Of a stretch of 64,000 nt of DNA, positions 18,372 through 29,807 are shown one piece after another. Each line of letters starts with the position of its first letter. The stretch's first letter is position 1. The DNA is from Campylobacterota bacterium (GTDB lineage Bacteria; Bdellovibrionota; Bacteriovoracia; Bacteriovoracales; Bacteriovoracaceae). The notes under the pieces are model-generated. The model saw only the letters and a program-made list of their open reading frames with translations, was not told where the DNA came from and did no database searches. The stretch is taken from contig QNFX01000004.1 of assembly GCA_003650125.1 (NCBI GenBank), positions 19,738-83,737 of the forward strand, in the 5' to 3' direction. Both the position numbers and the translations under genes were made by a program.

Positions 18372-19128
18372 CTTCTTCTGGACGTAAAGTTAAAATTTCG
18401 GACCCAACATCTGTCACTAAAATAGTATGTTCAAATTGCGCTGACCATAATCTATCTTTAGTTAAAACAGTCCATTTATCTTTTTGCAGATCACATTCTC
18501 TGGTTCCAAGATTAATCATAGGCTCAATGGTAAAGGTCATGCCCTTTTTAAATATCAGGCCTTTACCTTTTGTCCCAACATGAACAATTTGTGGATCTTC
18601 ATGAAATTCTCGGCCTATTCCATGCCCACAGTATTCTTCAACTACTGAGTACCCTTGAGACTCTGCAATTTCTTGAATAATTGCACCAATATCTCCTACA
18701 CGAGATCCATGTTTAACCGTTTTAATCGCCTCTCTCATGCATTTATAAGTCACTTCAACGAGCTTTTTAATTTTAGGATCGACATTGCCTACCAAGAAAG
18801 TCTTGTTGGTATCGCCATGGAACTTATTTAGGTAAGTAGTCACATCAATATTTAAAATATCCCCATCTTTTAGGATTACATCCTCACTCGGAATCCCATG
18901 ACAAATTACTTCATTTGGCGAAGTACAAACAGATTTAGGAAAGCCGTGATAGTTTAGTGGAGAAGGATAAGCATCGTGTTTGGTGATATAATCATGGCAC
19001 AGCTTGTTAATTTCTTCTGTGCTAACCCCTGGTTTTATAAAGGGTTCAATATAAGTGAGAGTACTCGCGGCCAGGGCACAAGTTTTTCTCATCAACTCAA
19101 TTTCTCTACTAGATTTTATCTTAATCAT
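18358..19128 (-). CDS. map: type I methionine aminopeptidase
   Basis: CHGIPS, DILNIDVT, GHGIGREFHE, FTIEPM, QFEHT metal-ligand blocks. Confidence 0.95.
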   Translation of the reverse strand: MIKIKSSREIELMRKTCALAASTLTYIEPFIKPGVSTEEINKLCHDYITKHDAYPSPLNYHGFPKSVCTSPNEVICHGIPSEDVILKDGDILNIDVTTYLNKFHGDTNKTFLVGNVDPKIKKLVEVTYKCMREAIKTVKHGSRVGDIGAIIQEIAESQGYSVVEEYCGHGIGREFHEDPQIVHVGTKGKGLIFKKGMTFTIEPMINLGTRECDLQKDKWTVLTKDRLWSAQFEHTILVTDVGSEILTLRPEEDENF

Positions 19129-19198
19129 AGGTACTCTTATTAATAGTTTAATATTTGCTTTTGTAGTCTAATTCTAGGATAAAGACAATTAATGCCTG

Positions 19199-20131
19199 AT
19201 GCAAATTATGAAAATATTTCGCTGTAATACATCCCCTTATCAATCTCCCGACTTCTCCTATAAGGAGAAGAAAGAGCTAGAGTCTCTAGGAATAAATTAT
19301 CTAGATACAAATCAGGATGCCTCAATACTTATAACCAACACCCTTACAAAGATCCCAGATCTCGATATTAAAGGTGTTGAACTCATTATTCACCCCAACT
19401 CAGGTTATGATAATTTCCCACTCTCTTTCGTAGAAAAAGCAAACGTCCCCATTATCATCGGAAGTGAAATAAGAGCATCAGCGGTGAGTGAATATATCCT
19501 ATATTGTCTGTTTAAAAGGTTTTCAAAAGTCCCTTTTCAAAAGTCTTGGAATAGATCATGGAAGGGACGCTCTCTTTTAAGAGATCAACAAGTTCTTTTA
19601 ATAGGCCGGGGAAAAATAGGGACTATAATCAAAGACTCTCTTTTACCATTAGTTGAAAAAATTTGGACGGTAGATCCCTTTATAAATGAAGATGATATTT
19701 TAAACACCCCCTTTGAGGCCCCTCTTCATCAATGTGGAGTGGTTATCCTTTGTTCGGGATTAAATGAAACCAGCAGAAATATTATTGACGCTAAATTCCT
19801 TAAATCACTTCCAAAAGATGCCACAATAATTAATGCTGCTAGAGGGAAATTAATCAACCAAGAAGACCTCCTCAGTTTTTTAAAAGAGAGGCCTGAGGCC
19901 TATGCTTATTTAGATGTTTTTGAAAAAGAACCTGCAGTATTAGAAGAGTTAAATTTACCAAACCTTTCCCTAACTTCTCACATAGCGGGGGTTTTTGATG
20001 CCCTTGATGACACTATTATAGCTTTTGAGAAGAGAGTCATCACAGATTTCAAGCATGAGCGCGAAAATTTTGAAAAAAAATATCACGATAGTATTTTAAA
20101 AAACCGAATTCATGATAATATCTTGATTTAA
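19199..20131 (+). CDS. D-isomer-specific 2-hydroxyacid dehydrogenase family protein
   Basis: LIGRGKIGT NAD-binding loop, INAARG, LDVFEKEP, TSHIAG. Confidence 0.75.
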   Translation: MQIMKIFRCNTSPYQSPDFSYKEKKELESLGINYLDTNQDASILITNTLTKIPDLDIKGVELIIHPNSGYDNFPLSFVEKANVPIIIGSEIRASAVSEYILYCLFKRFSKVPFQKSWNRSWKGRSLLRDQQVLLIGRGKIGTIIKDSLLPLVEKIWTVDPFINEDDILNTPFEAPLHQCGVVILCSGLNETSRNIIDAKFLKSLPKDATIINAARGKLINQEDLLSFLKERPEAYAYLDVFEKEPAVLEELNLPNLSLTSHIAGVFDALDDTIIAFEKRVITDFKHERENFEKKYHDSILKNRIHDNILI

Positions 20132-20141
20132 GGAGGGGTGG

Positions 20142-21206
20142 GTGACACTTCAAAATAAATTAGAACAACTTCTCTGTCCTCCAGGTAATGGAGTCTATAC
20201 CGTTCACACGGCCAAAGAAAATAAAGATAAACTACATCTTAAACTTTTTGGCACTACTGAAAACATTGAAGATAAATGGAAAAGCTCATTAAAAGAAATT
20301 AATGAAGATGTCTTATTACTTGGTGTCTGTTCCGACACTGGTGGAGGAATTCTCCGTGGAGCAAACTGGGGCCCTCTATTTCTTAGAGAAACGCTGCTAG
20401 ATTTACCTCATAAGCTAAAATTTAAAGATATTGGTGACGTGCGAGTAGTCCCTCACCTACTGCATGACAAATACTTAAATGATGAAACGATTACAAATGT
20501 AAGACGTGCCCTCTATAACGATGAAGACTCAAAGCTTCCAGTGAGTTCGCTCTCAATAACTGAAGAAGTCTGCGATGCTATTTACAAAGAACTCCCGGAT
20601 AAAAAAATATTTGGTATTGGCGGCGATCATAGCTGTAGCTATCCCTTAGTAAAATCTTATCTTAAAGCAAAAAAAGACAAAGGAATTAAAACTGCCTTAA
20701 TTCATTTTGATGCTCACACCGATCTTTTAGTTGAAAGACTGGGCATTGATATCTGCTTTGGTTCCTGGACTACCCATGTTCTAAAATACCTCCCCGATCC
20801 AAGTCAATGCTATCAAATTGGCATAAGGGCCACGGGAAAATCTAAGGAGCACTGGGAATCAACTTTTGGGGTGAAGCAATTTTGGGCAAAATATGTAAAA
20901 GAAGTTGGCCCGGCCAAAATTGCTGAGCAAATCATAGTCAAATTAAAAGAGCAAAAGATAGATGAACTCTATATTACCTTTGATATCGATGCTCTTGATG
21001 CCCAATATGCATCTAGCACAGGTACTCCAGAACCTGGAGGTCTCGCTCCTCACGAATGCACTACTATAATTGAAATGCTCGCTAGTGAATTTAAAGTTAC
21101 TGGTGCTGATATTATGGAAATTGCTCCTTTCATTGGAAATCGTGAAAATACCATGATGTCTGCGGGATCAATAACTACAACCCTTATTAATTCTCTATGG
21201 CGATAG
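20142..21206 (+). CDS. arginase/agmatinase/formiminoglutamase-family hydrolase
   Basis: GGDHS, FDAHTD, DIDALD, MEIAP Mn-binding blocks. Substrate not assignable from sequence. GTG start behind AGGAGG. Confidence 0.8.
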   Translation: MTLQNKLEQLLCPPGNGVYTVHTAKENKDKLHLKLFGTTENIEDKWKSSLKEINEDVLLLGVCSDTGGGILRGANWGPLFLRETLLDLPHKLKFKDIGDVRVVPHLLHDKYLNDETITNVRRALYNDEDSKLPVSSLSITEEVCDAIYKELPDKKIFGIGGDHSCSYPLVKSYLKAKKDKGIKTALIHFDAHTDLLVERLGIDICFGSWTTHVLKYLPDPSQCYQIGIRATGKSKEHWESTFGVKQFWAKYVKEVGPAKIAEQIIVKLKEQKIDELYITFDIDALDAQYASSTGTPEPGGLAPHECTTIIEMLASEFKVTGADIMEIAPFIGNRENTMMSAGSITTTLINSLWR

Positions 21207-21865
21207 TTTCTTTTCCCTCTATTGAAAAGGCCGATGAAGAAGGCCTTCTCGCGCTAGGTGGCGATTTAGAAATCCCATCACTACTCCTTGCTTACAAACA
21301 AGGAATTTTTCCCTGGCCCTTAGGTGCTGATTATCCCCTGGCCTGGTTTTCTCCTGATCCCCGGGGAATTTTAAGGCACAAAGATTTATTAATCAGTAAA
21401 AGTTTAAAAAAGATTCTCCGCCAGGAAAAATTTGAAGTTAAATTTAATCATGATTTTCCATCAGTTATCTTAAATTGTGCCAAATCAAACAATCGTAAAG
21501 ATCAAAATGGAACTTGGATCACTGAAGATATTATCCTTTCTTATATAAACCTCCACTTTGCAGGCCATGCCTACTCAGTTGAAACCTATTTTGAAGACAA
21601 GTTAGTTGGCGGTATGTATGGAGTACAAATCGGGGCCTATGTTTCTGGTGAATCAATGTTCTACACAAGATCAAATGCTTCCAAGGTGGCCTTAGTCTCC
21701 CTGATGGAATATCTCCACCAACAAAAAATAGATTGGCTTGATACCCAGTTAATTAACCCTTTTTTAGAAAAGATGGGGGCCTTAGAGATTTCCCGCGTGG
21801 ATTATATCAAGATGTTAGATAAGAGTATTAAAAGAAAAGTTTCCAAAGATTTTTTCTCTCAGTAA
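21197..21865 (+). CDS. aat: leucyl/phenylalanyl-tRNA--protein transferase
   Basis: GLLALGGDL...LLLAYKQGIFPW and GESMF blocks. 222 aa. Confidence 0.85.
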   Translation: MAIVSFPSIEKADEEGLLALGGDLEIPSLLLAYKQGIFPWPLGADYPLAWFSPDPRGILRHKDLLISKSLKKILRQEKFEVKFNHDFPSVILNCAKSNNRKDQNGTWITEDIILSYINLHFAGHAYSVETYFEDKLVGGMYGVQIGAYVSGESMFYTRSNASKVALVSLMEYLHQQKIDWLDTQLINPFLEKMGALEISRVDYIKMLDKSIKRKVSKDFFSQ

Positions 21866-23337
21866 AACCCTTTCCAAGTGATATCATTTGGAAAACCAAA
21901 TACCCATTTATCTTCTCGAATCTCTCTCTCTTTCTTACTACTGCAAAATAGATCAAGTCCCGAACTTGGTACCCATGAGTATATTTTTTGATGGGAACCA
22001 CCGGCCTCATTGTCATAAGTGATATATTTATAAGATGGAAGCCCTTGATGGCCTAGATTCTTTAATTTATTGATGGCCCTAATAAAAGCGTAGTCTAATT
22101 TTTTTCCTTTACATTTTTTAAGCTCAGTTAAAAAGTCATACTCCATTGCCCCTTTTTTATAATTGTAAAAATTTTTGGTCCAAATATTTTCTGGGCAAAC
22201 ATGCACATTCTCTAAATCTTTAACGAGAAAAAAGGCATTAAAATAGGACAAAAACCAATGCCGGTCTCGATCTTCATTAATATTGGATCCTCTTACGTAT
22301 TTAAGACAGGTGCTATACTGGTTTCCATACTTTCCAATAAAATAGTGTAGATAAGTTGAAAAATTCTCATAGATTTTTTTAGGAGCATTACGATTAAAAG
22401 GTTTCACCCAACGGGTTAAATTTTCATCTTTGCTTCCACGTATAATTTGGACTGAATTCCAAACGTAATCATAGAGCTTATGACAAGCTGTTCGCGTAGA
22501 GAACATTTCCTGGGCAGTAAAGACATGACCTAGCTCTAGTGCTTTTTTAAGTGCCTGTCCCGGGCCCAACTCTCCTTTGATCTTATAGGCGGGAAAAGAA
22601 GACACAGATTTAACATGAACTCCTCTACCATTTTCCATAAAGGCCTTAAACTCCGGCCAATCCACCGCTTCTTTTAAAAGAGAGATGCTATTGAGCTCTC
22701 CAAGCTTTTTATCCTCAGGATAGACTGCGACTAAAACAATGGAAGACATCCATGATCTCTCAATGCCACAAGGCCAAACCTCGCAGTAGTTTTCAATAAT
22801 GCCTCCGACAACTTTTACCTTTTTTAAAGAATTAATTTTGACTGGATTTTTTGGTTCCCCAAAAATTACAATTTGCAGCGGTCGACCTAGTACATCTAAG
22901 ACTCGTGGGATGATCCCTAGGGAAAACTCAGGAGTACTCATTGATGATCCATAGTTTCCTGTCGCGTCTTTAAAAGTACAATAAGATGCTTTTTTAAAGG
23001 GCTCACCAGAGACAAGGTCAAGGCCAAAATAAGTTTCCTTTTCTTTGGGCGTAAGGACAATAGCGTTAACCATATTAGGTTCTGATTTATCTGAGGGGAG
23101 TTCATCAAAGAAGTTATGGTGAATGTAGCTGCCCCATTCTCCTTTAAAAGAAAATCTTGAGGGCACCTTTAGCCAGGAGGGATATTTGGCCTCTTTATAG
23201 GTTTTAATCTGTCTTATTCGTTGTTTGACCGAAGGGTCTTTCTTATTTTCTGGAACAGATGACGAGCAGCCCCATAAACTTAAAAGAACACAAATTAGAA
23301 CGTATTTAAATTGACAACTTCTCACTATATAGTCCAA
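21859..23337 (-). CDS. hypothetical lipoprotein (492 aa)
   Basis: LSLWGCSS lipobox. No recognised domain. Confidence 0.6.
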   Translation of the reverse strand: MDYIVRSCQFKYVLICVLLSLWGCSSSVPENKKDPSVKQRIRQIKTYKEAKYPSWLKVPSRFSFKGEWGSYIHHNFFDELPSDKSEPNMVNAIVLTPKEKETYFGLDLVSGEPFKKASYCTFKDATGNYGSSMSTPEFSLGIIPRVLDVLGRPLQIVIFGEPKNPVKINSLKKVKVVGGIIENYCEVWPCGIERSWMSSIVLVAVYPEDKKLGELNSISLLKEAVDWPEFKAFMENGRGVHVKSVSSFPAYKIKGELGPGQALKKALELGHVFTAQEMFSTRTACHKLYDYVWNSVQIIRGSKDENLTRWVKPFNRNAPKKIYENFSTYLHYFIGKYGNQYSTCLKYVRGSNINEDRDRHWFLSYFNAFFLVKDLENVHVCPENIWTKNFYNYKKGAMEYDFLTELKKCKGKKLDYAFIRAINKLKNLGHQGLPSYKYITYDNEAGGSHQKIYSWVPSSGLDLFCSSKKEREIREDKWVFGFPNDITWKGFY

Positions 23338-23357
23338 TATTTCTTCCTATTCTACAT

Positions 23358-23444
23358 GCCTGGGTGGTGGAATTGGTAGACACAAGGGACTTAAAATCCC
23401 TCGATCTCACGATCGTGCGAGTTCAAGTCTCGCCCTAGGCACCA
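23358..23444 (+). tRNA. tRNA-Leu (anticodon UAA), class II with long variable arm, CCA encoded
   Basis: GCCTGGG/CCTAGGC acceptor stem with one G.T pair. AGGGA-CTTAAAA-TCCCT anticodon arm. Variable arm GATC-TCAC-GATC. GCGAG-TTCAAGT-CTCGC T arm. Ends ACCA. Confidence 0.9.
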
Positions 23445-23507
23445 CTTCTTAAAAATAGTATCCAAAAATGTTCTAATTGAAAAATGCTCTTAAGTTGACC
23501 ATTTTGG

Positions 23508-23873
23508 TTAAGGACAAAGACCTTCGCCTTTTCTTATCCAAGTTTTCTTACCACGACCACACTTGTACCAGGTTTCCGTGAGCTTAAGTTCTTTGATGTT
23601 GGAGAGATAACCTGCCATCTCACCATACTCTCCTGATTTAAATTCAAAAACATATCGCTGGCCTCTTATTGAATCGTCCATCCATCTCATGTCATCAACG
23701 ATCACCATTCCACCGGAGGGCATTTCGCCAGAGTTGGGCGTGACCTTCATGGAGAACTCTAGTCCTTGGGATTTCCAATTTAGTTTTTCAAAAACCATTT
23801 TGAATAAATTATTCTCTCTAGCATGTAAATTTAGAGATAATAAAAGAGAAATAAGGGAAATAATTTTTATCAT
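23508..23873 (-). CDS. secreted hypothetical protein
   Basis: Signal peptide MIKIISLISLLLSLNLHA. No recognised domain. Confidence 0.5.
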   Translation of the reverse strand: MIKIISLISLLLSLNLHARENNLFKMVFEKLNWKSQGLEFSMKVTPNSGEMPSGGMVIVDDMRWMDDSIRGQRYVFEFKSGEYGEMAGYLSNIKELKLTETWYKCGRGKKTWIRKGEGLCP

Positions 23874-23926
23874 GATTAACTCCTATTTATTTAAAGTATT
23901 AGTCAATTTAGAAAACTTGGCAAAAA

Positions 23927-24106
23927 TTAAGTTTTTTTGAGCTCAGGGCAGTCGTCTTTGTTGTCACAGAAATCACAATCATCATCCATTACAGCGCCTA
24001 GTCCGCCACAAGAGCCCTTTATCCTTTTATTAGAAAAGATTACTCCCACTGCCATAGCTAAAATGGTGAGTGTCATAACGGTAAGGGATAGTAAAAAATA
24101 TTTCAT
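23927..24106 (-). CDS. nqrM: (Na+)-NQR maturation protein NqrM
   Basis: Hand-translated 59-aa ORF, below the track cutoff: [59 protein letters not shown]. It has one TM helix, then KGSCGG and a C-x2-C...C cluster. Its ATG overlaps the apbE stop (ATGA). Confidence 0.8.
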   Translation of the reverse strand: MKYFLLSLTVMTLTILAMAVGVIFSNKRIKGSCGGLGAVMDDDCDFCDNKDDCPELKKT

Positions 24107-25110
24107 TTAGAAACCATATTTTTAAATTCTGTTGTTGGTTTTTCTATAAATGTTTCCTTGCCTCTGTAAATAAAAAAAGCTGCTAGGTTATTTTTTTCAG
24201 CAAATTCAAAGGCCTTATCTCCCATGGCCATCAAAGTAGTGGCATAAGCATCTGCTTTCATACAAGAATCGGAATCCACCACCGTAACCGAGGCCAGATT
24301 ATGGGCGACGGGTTTTCCTGTTTTAAAATCAAAAGTATGAGAATACATCCGTTTTTCACCCTTAAAGAAATTTCTATAATCTCCACTGGTGGCGATGGCC
24401 TTATTAGTTAAATTGAATACTTTTCTGATTTTTCTAGTGAGAAAGTCAGGAGATTCCACCCCAATAGACCATTTTTGACCATTGGGCTTGGCCCCACTCA
24501 CTTTTATCTCCCCGCCTATTTCGACTAAAAAACTAGTGATTCCATTCGTTTTTAAAACCTCCGAGAGTTGGTCCACGCCAAAGCCTTTGGCAATGGAGGA
24601 GAGGTCAAGTTGTATGCCTTCTCTTAGTTTTCGGATACGAGGAGTATTTGGGTCTATAACTAAAAGGTGATGTCCCACCTTGGCCATTTGTTTTTCAATT
24701 TCCTCAATACTTGGCTCTTTTCTCTTTCCACTAGGGCCAAATCCCCAAAGGTTAATCAAAGGGCCTAAGGTAATATCAAAATAACCATCTGATTTAATGG
24801 AAATTTCTTTGGCATTTTTTAAAACAAAGTGAAGCTCGGGAGAAATTTTTATCCAGTCTCCTCCTCTTGTGAGATTAATTTTAGAAATCTCTGAATAAGA
24901 GAGATAAGTGGACATGGAATCATTAATTTTCTTGAGCGCCTGTTCAATTTCTTGAGAAATTAAAATTTTAGATGGAGCTCCTCTGTCAGCATAATACTTT
25001 ACTGAGTAAGTACTTCCCATCGTACTTCCAAAAAGGGTTGTAAGTTCTTCCTTTTTAGAACAGCCAAATAAAATACTGATGATAAAAATTAGTTGGATAA
25101 ACTTTTGCAA
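24103..25110 (-). CDS. apbE: FAD:protein FMN transferase ApbE
   Basis: Lipoprotein signal (LFGCS), [31 protein letters not shown] blocks. Confidence 0.9.
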   Translation of the reverse strand: MQKFIQLIFIISILFGCSKKEELTTLFGSTMGSTYSVKYYADRGAPSKILISQEIEQALKKINDSMSTYLSYSEISKINLTRGGDWIKISPELHFVLKNAKEISIKSDGYFDITLGPLINLWGFGPSGKRKEPSIEEIEKQMAKVGHHLLVIDPNTPRIRKLREGIQLDLSSIAKGFGVDQLSEVLKTNGITSFLVEIGGEIKVSGAKPNGQKWSIGVESPDFLTRKIRKVFNLTNKAIATSGDYRNFFKGEKRMYSHTFDFKTGKPVAHNLASVTVVDSDSCMKADAYATTLMAMGDKAFEFAEKNNLAAFFIYRGKETFIEKPTTEFKNMVSK

Positions 25111-25155
25111 AAGAGTCCCCCTTAGGGATTATAAAACCTAAAAGAGGAATATTAG

Positions 25156-25308
25156 TTATCCTACTTTGATTTCTTTTTTGTCTTGATCCATTAATTTGAA
25201 CAAAATCTTATAGAGTCTGCGTAGTTCATCTAAATCTTGATTGGATTCAGCAATTTCAATTTCTTTAAGGATCTCTCCACGGCAAGTAAATTCCTTTTCA
25301 CCATTCAT
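25156..25308 (-). CDS. small hypothetical protein (50 aa) between nqrF and apbE
   Basis: Hand-translated: MNGEKEFTCRGEILKEIEIAESNQDLDELRRLYKILFKLMDQDKKEIKVG. Strong SD (GGGAGGGGGG) 4 nt upstream. No family recognised. Confidence 0.35.
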   Translation of the reverse strand: MNGEKEFTCRGEILKEIEIAESNQDLDELRRLYKILFKLMDQDKKEIKVG

Positions 25309-25353
25309 AGGCCCCCCTCCCTGTTGCCTTTATTTTAACATGAAAATGTCGGC

Positions 25354-26577
25354 CTAACCTCCAAAATCATCTAGCATTATATCTTCTCTCTCAACACCTA
25401 GCTCAAGCAGCATTTCAATTACGCACTTATTCATAATTGGTGGCCCACAGAGGTAGTACTCACAGTCCTCTGGATTAGGATGATTTTTCAAATACTGCTC
25501 AAATAAAACATTATGAATAAACCCTGTTAAACCAGTCCAGTTATCCTCTGGCAGGGCATCTGAAAGTGCTACATGCCACTTAAAGTTCTCATTTTCGGCC
25601 TGAAGTCCATCAAAGTCTTCTACGAAAAACATTTCTTTCTTTGATCGTGCTCCGTACCAAAAGCTGAGTTTTCTATCCGTATTAATCCGCTTTAATTGAT
25701 CAAATATATGAGAACGCATTGGCGCCATTCCTGCACCACCACCAACAAAAACCATCTCTTTTTTGGTCTCTCTGGCAAAGAACTCTCCAAAAGGCCCTGA
25801 GATGGTAACTTTATCACCAGGCTTTAAGTTAAAAATATAGGAAGACATTTTACCTGGAGGAAGGCCTTTAGTTCCTGGAGGAGGCGAAGCAATCCGCACG
25901 TTAAGCATAATAATGCCTTTTTCCTCTGGATAGTTGGCCATGGAATAGGCCCTAATAGTTTCTTCCGGTTCTATAGAGACATATTGCCACTGCTTAAAAC
26001 GGTCCCAGTCTCCATGATATTCTTTTTCAATATCAAAATCTTTAAAGTTAATAGTAAGTCCCGCGGGCCTTTCAATTTGAATATATCCACCAGCTCTAAA
26101 AGGCACGGACTCACCTGCTGGAAGCTCTATTATAAGATTTTTAATGAAAGTCGCAACATTGTGGTTTGACTTAACGGTACATTCCCATTTTTTAATACCA
26201 AAGACTTCTTTTGGTACTTCAATTTTCATATCATTTTTAACTGCGACCTGACAGGAAAGCCTCATACCTTCTTTGGCCTCTCTTTTAGTGATGTGAGAGA
26301 GCTCTGTTTGAAGAATTTCTCCTCCGCCTTCTTTAATTTTCACCGTACACTGGCCACAGGTTCCCCCTCCCCCGCAAGCAGAAGACAAAAATAATTTATG
26401 GTCGGCCAAGACATTGAGAAGTTTCCCCCCTGCCTCCGTGATCATATCTTTTTCATCATTAATATTGATAGTGACATCACCAGATGGAACCAGTTTTGAT
26501 TTTGCAATTAAGATAATAGCTACCAGGGCCAATACAATACCGGTAAACATTCCTACGCCAAGAACAATTTCATTCAT
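25354..26577 (-). CDS. nqrF: Na+-translocating NADH:quinone oxidoreductase subunit F
   Basis: N-terminal TM helix, 2Fe-2S ferredoxin motif [10 protein letters not shown]...C, RAYSMAN FAD block, [15 protein letters not shown] block. Confidence 0.95.
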   Translation of the reverse strand: MNEIVLGVGMFTGIVLALVAIILIAKSKLVPSGDVTININDEKDMITEAGGKLLNVLADHKLFLSSACGGGGTCGQCTVKIKEGGGEILQTELSHITKREAKEGMRLSCQVAVKNDMKIEVPKEVFGIKKWECTVKSNHNVATFIKNLIIELPAGESVPFRAGGYIQIERPAGLTINFKDFDIEKEYHGDWDRFKQWQYVSIEPEETIRAYSMANYPEEKGIIMLNVRIASPPPGTKGLPPGKMSSYIFNLKPGDKVTISGPFGEFFARETKKEMVFVGGGAGMAPMRSHIFDQLKRINTDRKLSFWYGARSKKEMFFVEDFDGLQAENENFKWHVALSDALPEDNWTGLTGFIHNVLFEQYLKNHPNPEDCEYYLCGPPIMNKCVIEMLLELGVEREDIMLDDFGG

Positions 26578-26591
26578 AGATCAACTCGCTT

Positions 26592-27203
26592 TTAAAGCTG
26601 GATTCCTGAGAAGGCCAAAAATCCGATCGACATTAAACCAACAGTTATAAAAGTAAGACCAAGTCCGCGAAGGCCATCTGGTGGATTGGCATAAGTTAAC
26701 TTTTCTCTAATTCCCGCCAGGGCCATAATCGCCAGGGCCCACCCCATTCCCGAACCAAAACCATAAGTAACCGATTCGGCAAAGTTATAATCTCTTTGCA
26801 CCATAAAAAGCGAACCACCTAAAATAGCACAGTTAACGGTAATCAAAGGAAGAAAAATTCCTAGGGCACTATGAAGAGCTGGGAAATATCGATCTAGAAT
26901 CATCTCCAATATCTGCACCATGGCAGCAATAACACCAATATAAGAAATCAGTCCGAGAAAACTTAAATCCATTTCTGGCATACCGGCCCAAGTGAGCGCT
27001 CCATCTTTTAAAAGGTAGTTATAGATAAGGTTGTTGGCGGGAACGGTAATTACCTGAACCACGATAACCGCGACCCCTAGTCCTATTGCAGTTTTCACCT
27101 TTTTAGAGACGGCAAGGAAGGTACACATGCCGAGGAAAAATCCCAGGGCCATATTTTCAATAAAAATGGACTTAATTAAAATGTTTAAATGATGTTCAAA
27201 CAT
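26592..27203 (-). CDS. nqrE: Na+-NQR subunit E
   Basis: 203-aa polytopic RnfA/NqrE-type protein in operon order. Confidence 0.9.
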   Translation of the reverse strand: MFEHHLNILIKSIFIENMALGFFLGMCTFLAVSKKVKTAIGLGVAVIVVQVITVPANNLIYNYLLKDGALTWAGMPEMDLSFLGLISYIGVIAAMVQILEMILDRYFPALHSALGIFLPLITVNCAILGGSLFMVQRDYNFAESVTYGFGSGMGWALAIMALAGIREKLTYANPPDGLRGLGLTFITVGLMSIGFLAFSGIQL

Positions 27204-27206
27204 ATT

Positions 27207-27824
27207 CTATTCCTCTTCCACTTGGGACTTATCAAAAGTCCTGATAATCCAAATAAAAATACCAATGAGAAAAAAGGCACTGGGTGCAAGCACCATTAAA
27301 CCATTAGGAACATACCAGCCACCGTCATTAACTGTGTTTAACATGGTATAACCAAGAAGTTTTCCTGTACCTAATAGCTCACGAAAAAATCCAACAAAAA
27401 TTAGTACAATGGAATAACCCAGACCATTTCCTAGACCATCTAAAAGAGAATCGATGGGGCCATTTTTCATGGCATACCCCTCAGCTCTTCCCATAACAAT
27501 ACAGTTGGTAATAATCAGTCCCACATAAACAGACAGGCCTTTGGAAACTTCAAACAAATACGCTTTCATAAGTTGATCAGCAATAATAACCAGTGACGCT
27601 ATAATGGTCATCTGAACAATAATTCTAATGCTTGAAGGAATATGGTTCCGAATTAAACTTACAAAAAGATTAGAAAACATAGTTACGAGGGTAACCGCAG
27701 CAGACATTACAAATGCCGTTTCAAGCTTTGTGGTAACCGCAAGCGCTGAGCAAACACCCAGAATTTGTAAGGCAATGGGATTATTTTTAAAAAAAGGATT
27801 TAGAATTGTTGCTTTAACACTCAT
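27207..27824 (-). CDS. nqrD: Na+-NQR subunit D
   Basis: 205-aa polytopic RnfE/NqrD-type protein ([21 protein letters not shown]). Confidence 0.9.
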   Translation of the reverse strand: MSVKATILNPFFKNNPIALQILGVCSALAVTTKLETAFVMSAAVTLVTMFSNLFVSLIRNHIPSSIRIIVQMTIIASLVIIADQLMKAYLFEVSKGLSVYVGLIITNCIVMGRAEGYAMKNGPIDSLLDGLGNGLGYSIVLIFVGFFRELLGTGKLLGYTMLNTVNDGGWYVPNGLMVLAPSAFFLIGIFIWIIRTFDKSQVEEE

Positions 27825-28612
27825 TAGATTCCCCCTCCGGCCCTGAATTTACTCAGGTATGGGCCAAATCCATTTTCTCCCAACCAATACCTCAGGAGAT
27901 TGGTAACCCCATTAGAAGTAATAGTGGCCCCGGCCAGTCCATCTACCTCGTAAATAGCATTGGCATGACTTGGGTTAACCAGTCCTTTAACAACTTTAAT
28001 TACTGGGCCAAAATTTTCATCGTAAACTTTTTTGCCAATCCATTTTGCCTTCCAATTAGCATTGTCTACTTCTCCGCCAAGGCCTGGCGTTTCCCCATGT
28101 TGATAAAAACCAAACCCTTTAACGGTACTAGTATCTTTATCAAGCGCTAGAAATCCATACAGGGTAGACCATAGTCCCAGTCCATGGACTGGAAGAACTA
28201 CCATGGAAACTTGCCCATTTTTTTTAACGAGATAAACTTTTGCAAGCTTTGATCTCCTTTTAATCTTGGCGATATCTTTAGAGCTATCTATCGTCATATT
28301 TGTTGATGGATCCTTTGCATACTTTACTTGATCAAAAGTCGCTATATCAACATCACTGACGTATTCGCCCGTTTCTAAATTTACTATTTTTGGTTCAAAC
28401 TTTTCAAAGGCCTGAAGAATTTCATCTTTACTCGATTTTGGATTCTTCAAGATTCCCGCGGAAAGCAAGAGATTTTTTTTAATATCAAGGTCAGCATTTT
28501 CCTTTTGCAATCCTTTCAGTTTTACCGCCGCAGTAGAAACTAAGATTGAACAAACTATACAAATAACTAGTGCGACTCCAATCGTTCTACCGACAGTATC
28601 CTTAGAGGCCAT
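27824..28612 (-). CDS. nqrC: Na+-NQR subunit C
   Basis: Single TM anchor plus FMN-attachment context GLAGATITS. Confidence 0.9.
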   Translation of the reverse strand: MASKDTVGRTIGVALVICIVCSILVSTAAVKLKGLQKENADLDIKKNLLLSAGILKNPKSSKDEILQAFEKFEPKIVNLETGEYVSDVDIATFDQVKYAKDPSTNMTIDSSKDIAKIKRRSKLAKVYLVKKNGQVSMVVLPVHGLGLWSTLYGFLALDKDTSTVKGFGFYQHGETPGLGGEVDNANWKAKWIGKKVYDENFGPVIKVVKGLVNPSHANAIYEVDGLAGATITSNGVTNLLRYWLGENGFGPYLSKFRAGGGI

Positions 28613-29807
28613 GTTTTAGCTCCCTTCGTTTAATATTTTTCTCAGTGACAAACCAATCGAATAAGGGAGCGAAGACGTTAGCAAATAAAATTGCCAGCAT
28701 CATTCCCTCGGGAAAAGCAGGATTTATAACTCTTATAAGGATGACCATTATGCCAATTAAGGCCCCGTAATACCATTGTCCCCTCTGCGTTTGAGCGGCG
28801 GAAACGGGGTCCGTGGCCATAAAGACCAGGCCAAAAGCATACCCCCCAACCACATAGTGCCAGATAGGAGTTAGTGAAAACATGGGGTTGGTATCTGATC
28901 CTATTTGATTGAAAAGTAGGGCCATCAGACCAGTAGTGACAAAACAACTCAACATGATTCGCCAAGAAGCAATTCCAGTCACCATTAAAACAATTGCTCC
29001 TATTAAGCAGGCCAGGGCAGAGGTCTCACCCATTGAACCTGGAATAAATCCTAAAAAGGAATCCATCCAAGATATTTTAATCGCTTCAAGTCCACCTTGA
29101 GCGGCCATGCTAAGCGCTGTTGCTCCGGTGTGTCCGTCAACAGCAATCCAAACAGCATCACCTGACATTTCTGCCGGATAAGCAAAGAATATAAAGGCAC
29201 GGGCAACTAGAGCTGGGTTTAAAAAGTTTTTCCCCGTTCCCCCGAAAATCTCTTTGCCAATTACCACTCCAAAAGTAGTTCCAAGCGCTACCTGCCAAAG
29301 AGGAATTGTTGGAGGGCAAATTAGAGGAAGTAAAAGTCCAGTTACTAAAAAACCCTCATTTATTTCATGGCCGCGAACGGCAGAAAAAATAGCTTCCCAA
29401 AGTCCTCCCACAGTCATGGTTACGATGTAGACCGGAAGAAAAAAGAGAGCTCCATATATAAAGTTAGACCAAAGGGAATTAGGATCAAGGCCAAGCCCGA
29501 AAGTGAACATAAGGTCACCTCGCCATCCTGCAACTGAGGCAATGCCTTGGTTAGCTAAAACCAAATTTGCTTGATACCCCGTATTCCACATGGCCATAAG
29601 CACTGCTGGAGTTAAGGCCAAGACAACGGTAACCATCATTCTTTTTAAATCAAGACCATCTCGAACGTGGGTTTCACCTTCTGCTACTTCTCCAGGAGTG
29701 AAGGCAAACGTATCAATTGCTTCATAAAGTGCGTAGAACTTCTCAAACTTTCCACCTTTTTCAAAATCTCGGTGGAGGTTATCAAGAAGTTTTCTTAATC
29801 CCTTCAT
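28602..29807 (-). CDS. nqrB: Na+-NQR subunit B
   Basis: 401-aa polytopic RnfD/NqrB-type protein with the TGATAL FMN-attachment context. Confidence 0.9.
   Translation of the reverse strand: MKGLRKLLDNLHRDFEKGGKFEKFYALYEAIDTFAFTPGEVAEGETHVRDGLDLKRMMVTVVLALTPAVLMAMWNTGYQANLVLANQGIASVAGWRGDLMFTFGLGLDPNSLWSNFIYGALFFLPVYIVTMTVGGLWEAIFSAVRGHEINEGFLVTGLLLPLICPPTIPLWQVALGTTFGVVIGKEIFGGTGKNFLNPALVARAFIFFAYPAEMSGDAVWIAVDGHTGATALSMAAQGGLEAIKISWMDSFLGFIPGSMGETSALACLIGAIVLMVTGIASWRIMLSCFVTTGLMALLFNQIGSDTNPMFSLTPIWHYVVGGYAFGLVFMATDPVSAAQTQRGQWYYGALIGIMVILIRVINPAFPEGMMLAILFANVFAPLFDWFVTEKNIKRRELKHGL

Noticed and set aside
23445-23507. tRNA-Leu 3' flank as a possible integration site for a genomic island
   Set aside because: No integrase gene sits on either side, and the downstream genes are the nqr module. 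I did not spot a direct repeat of the tRNA 3' end, though this was not an exhaustive search.
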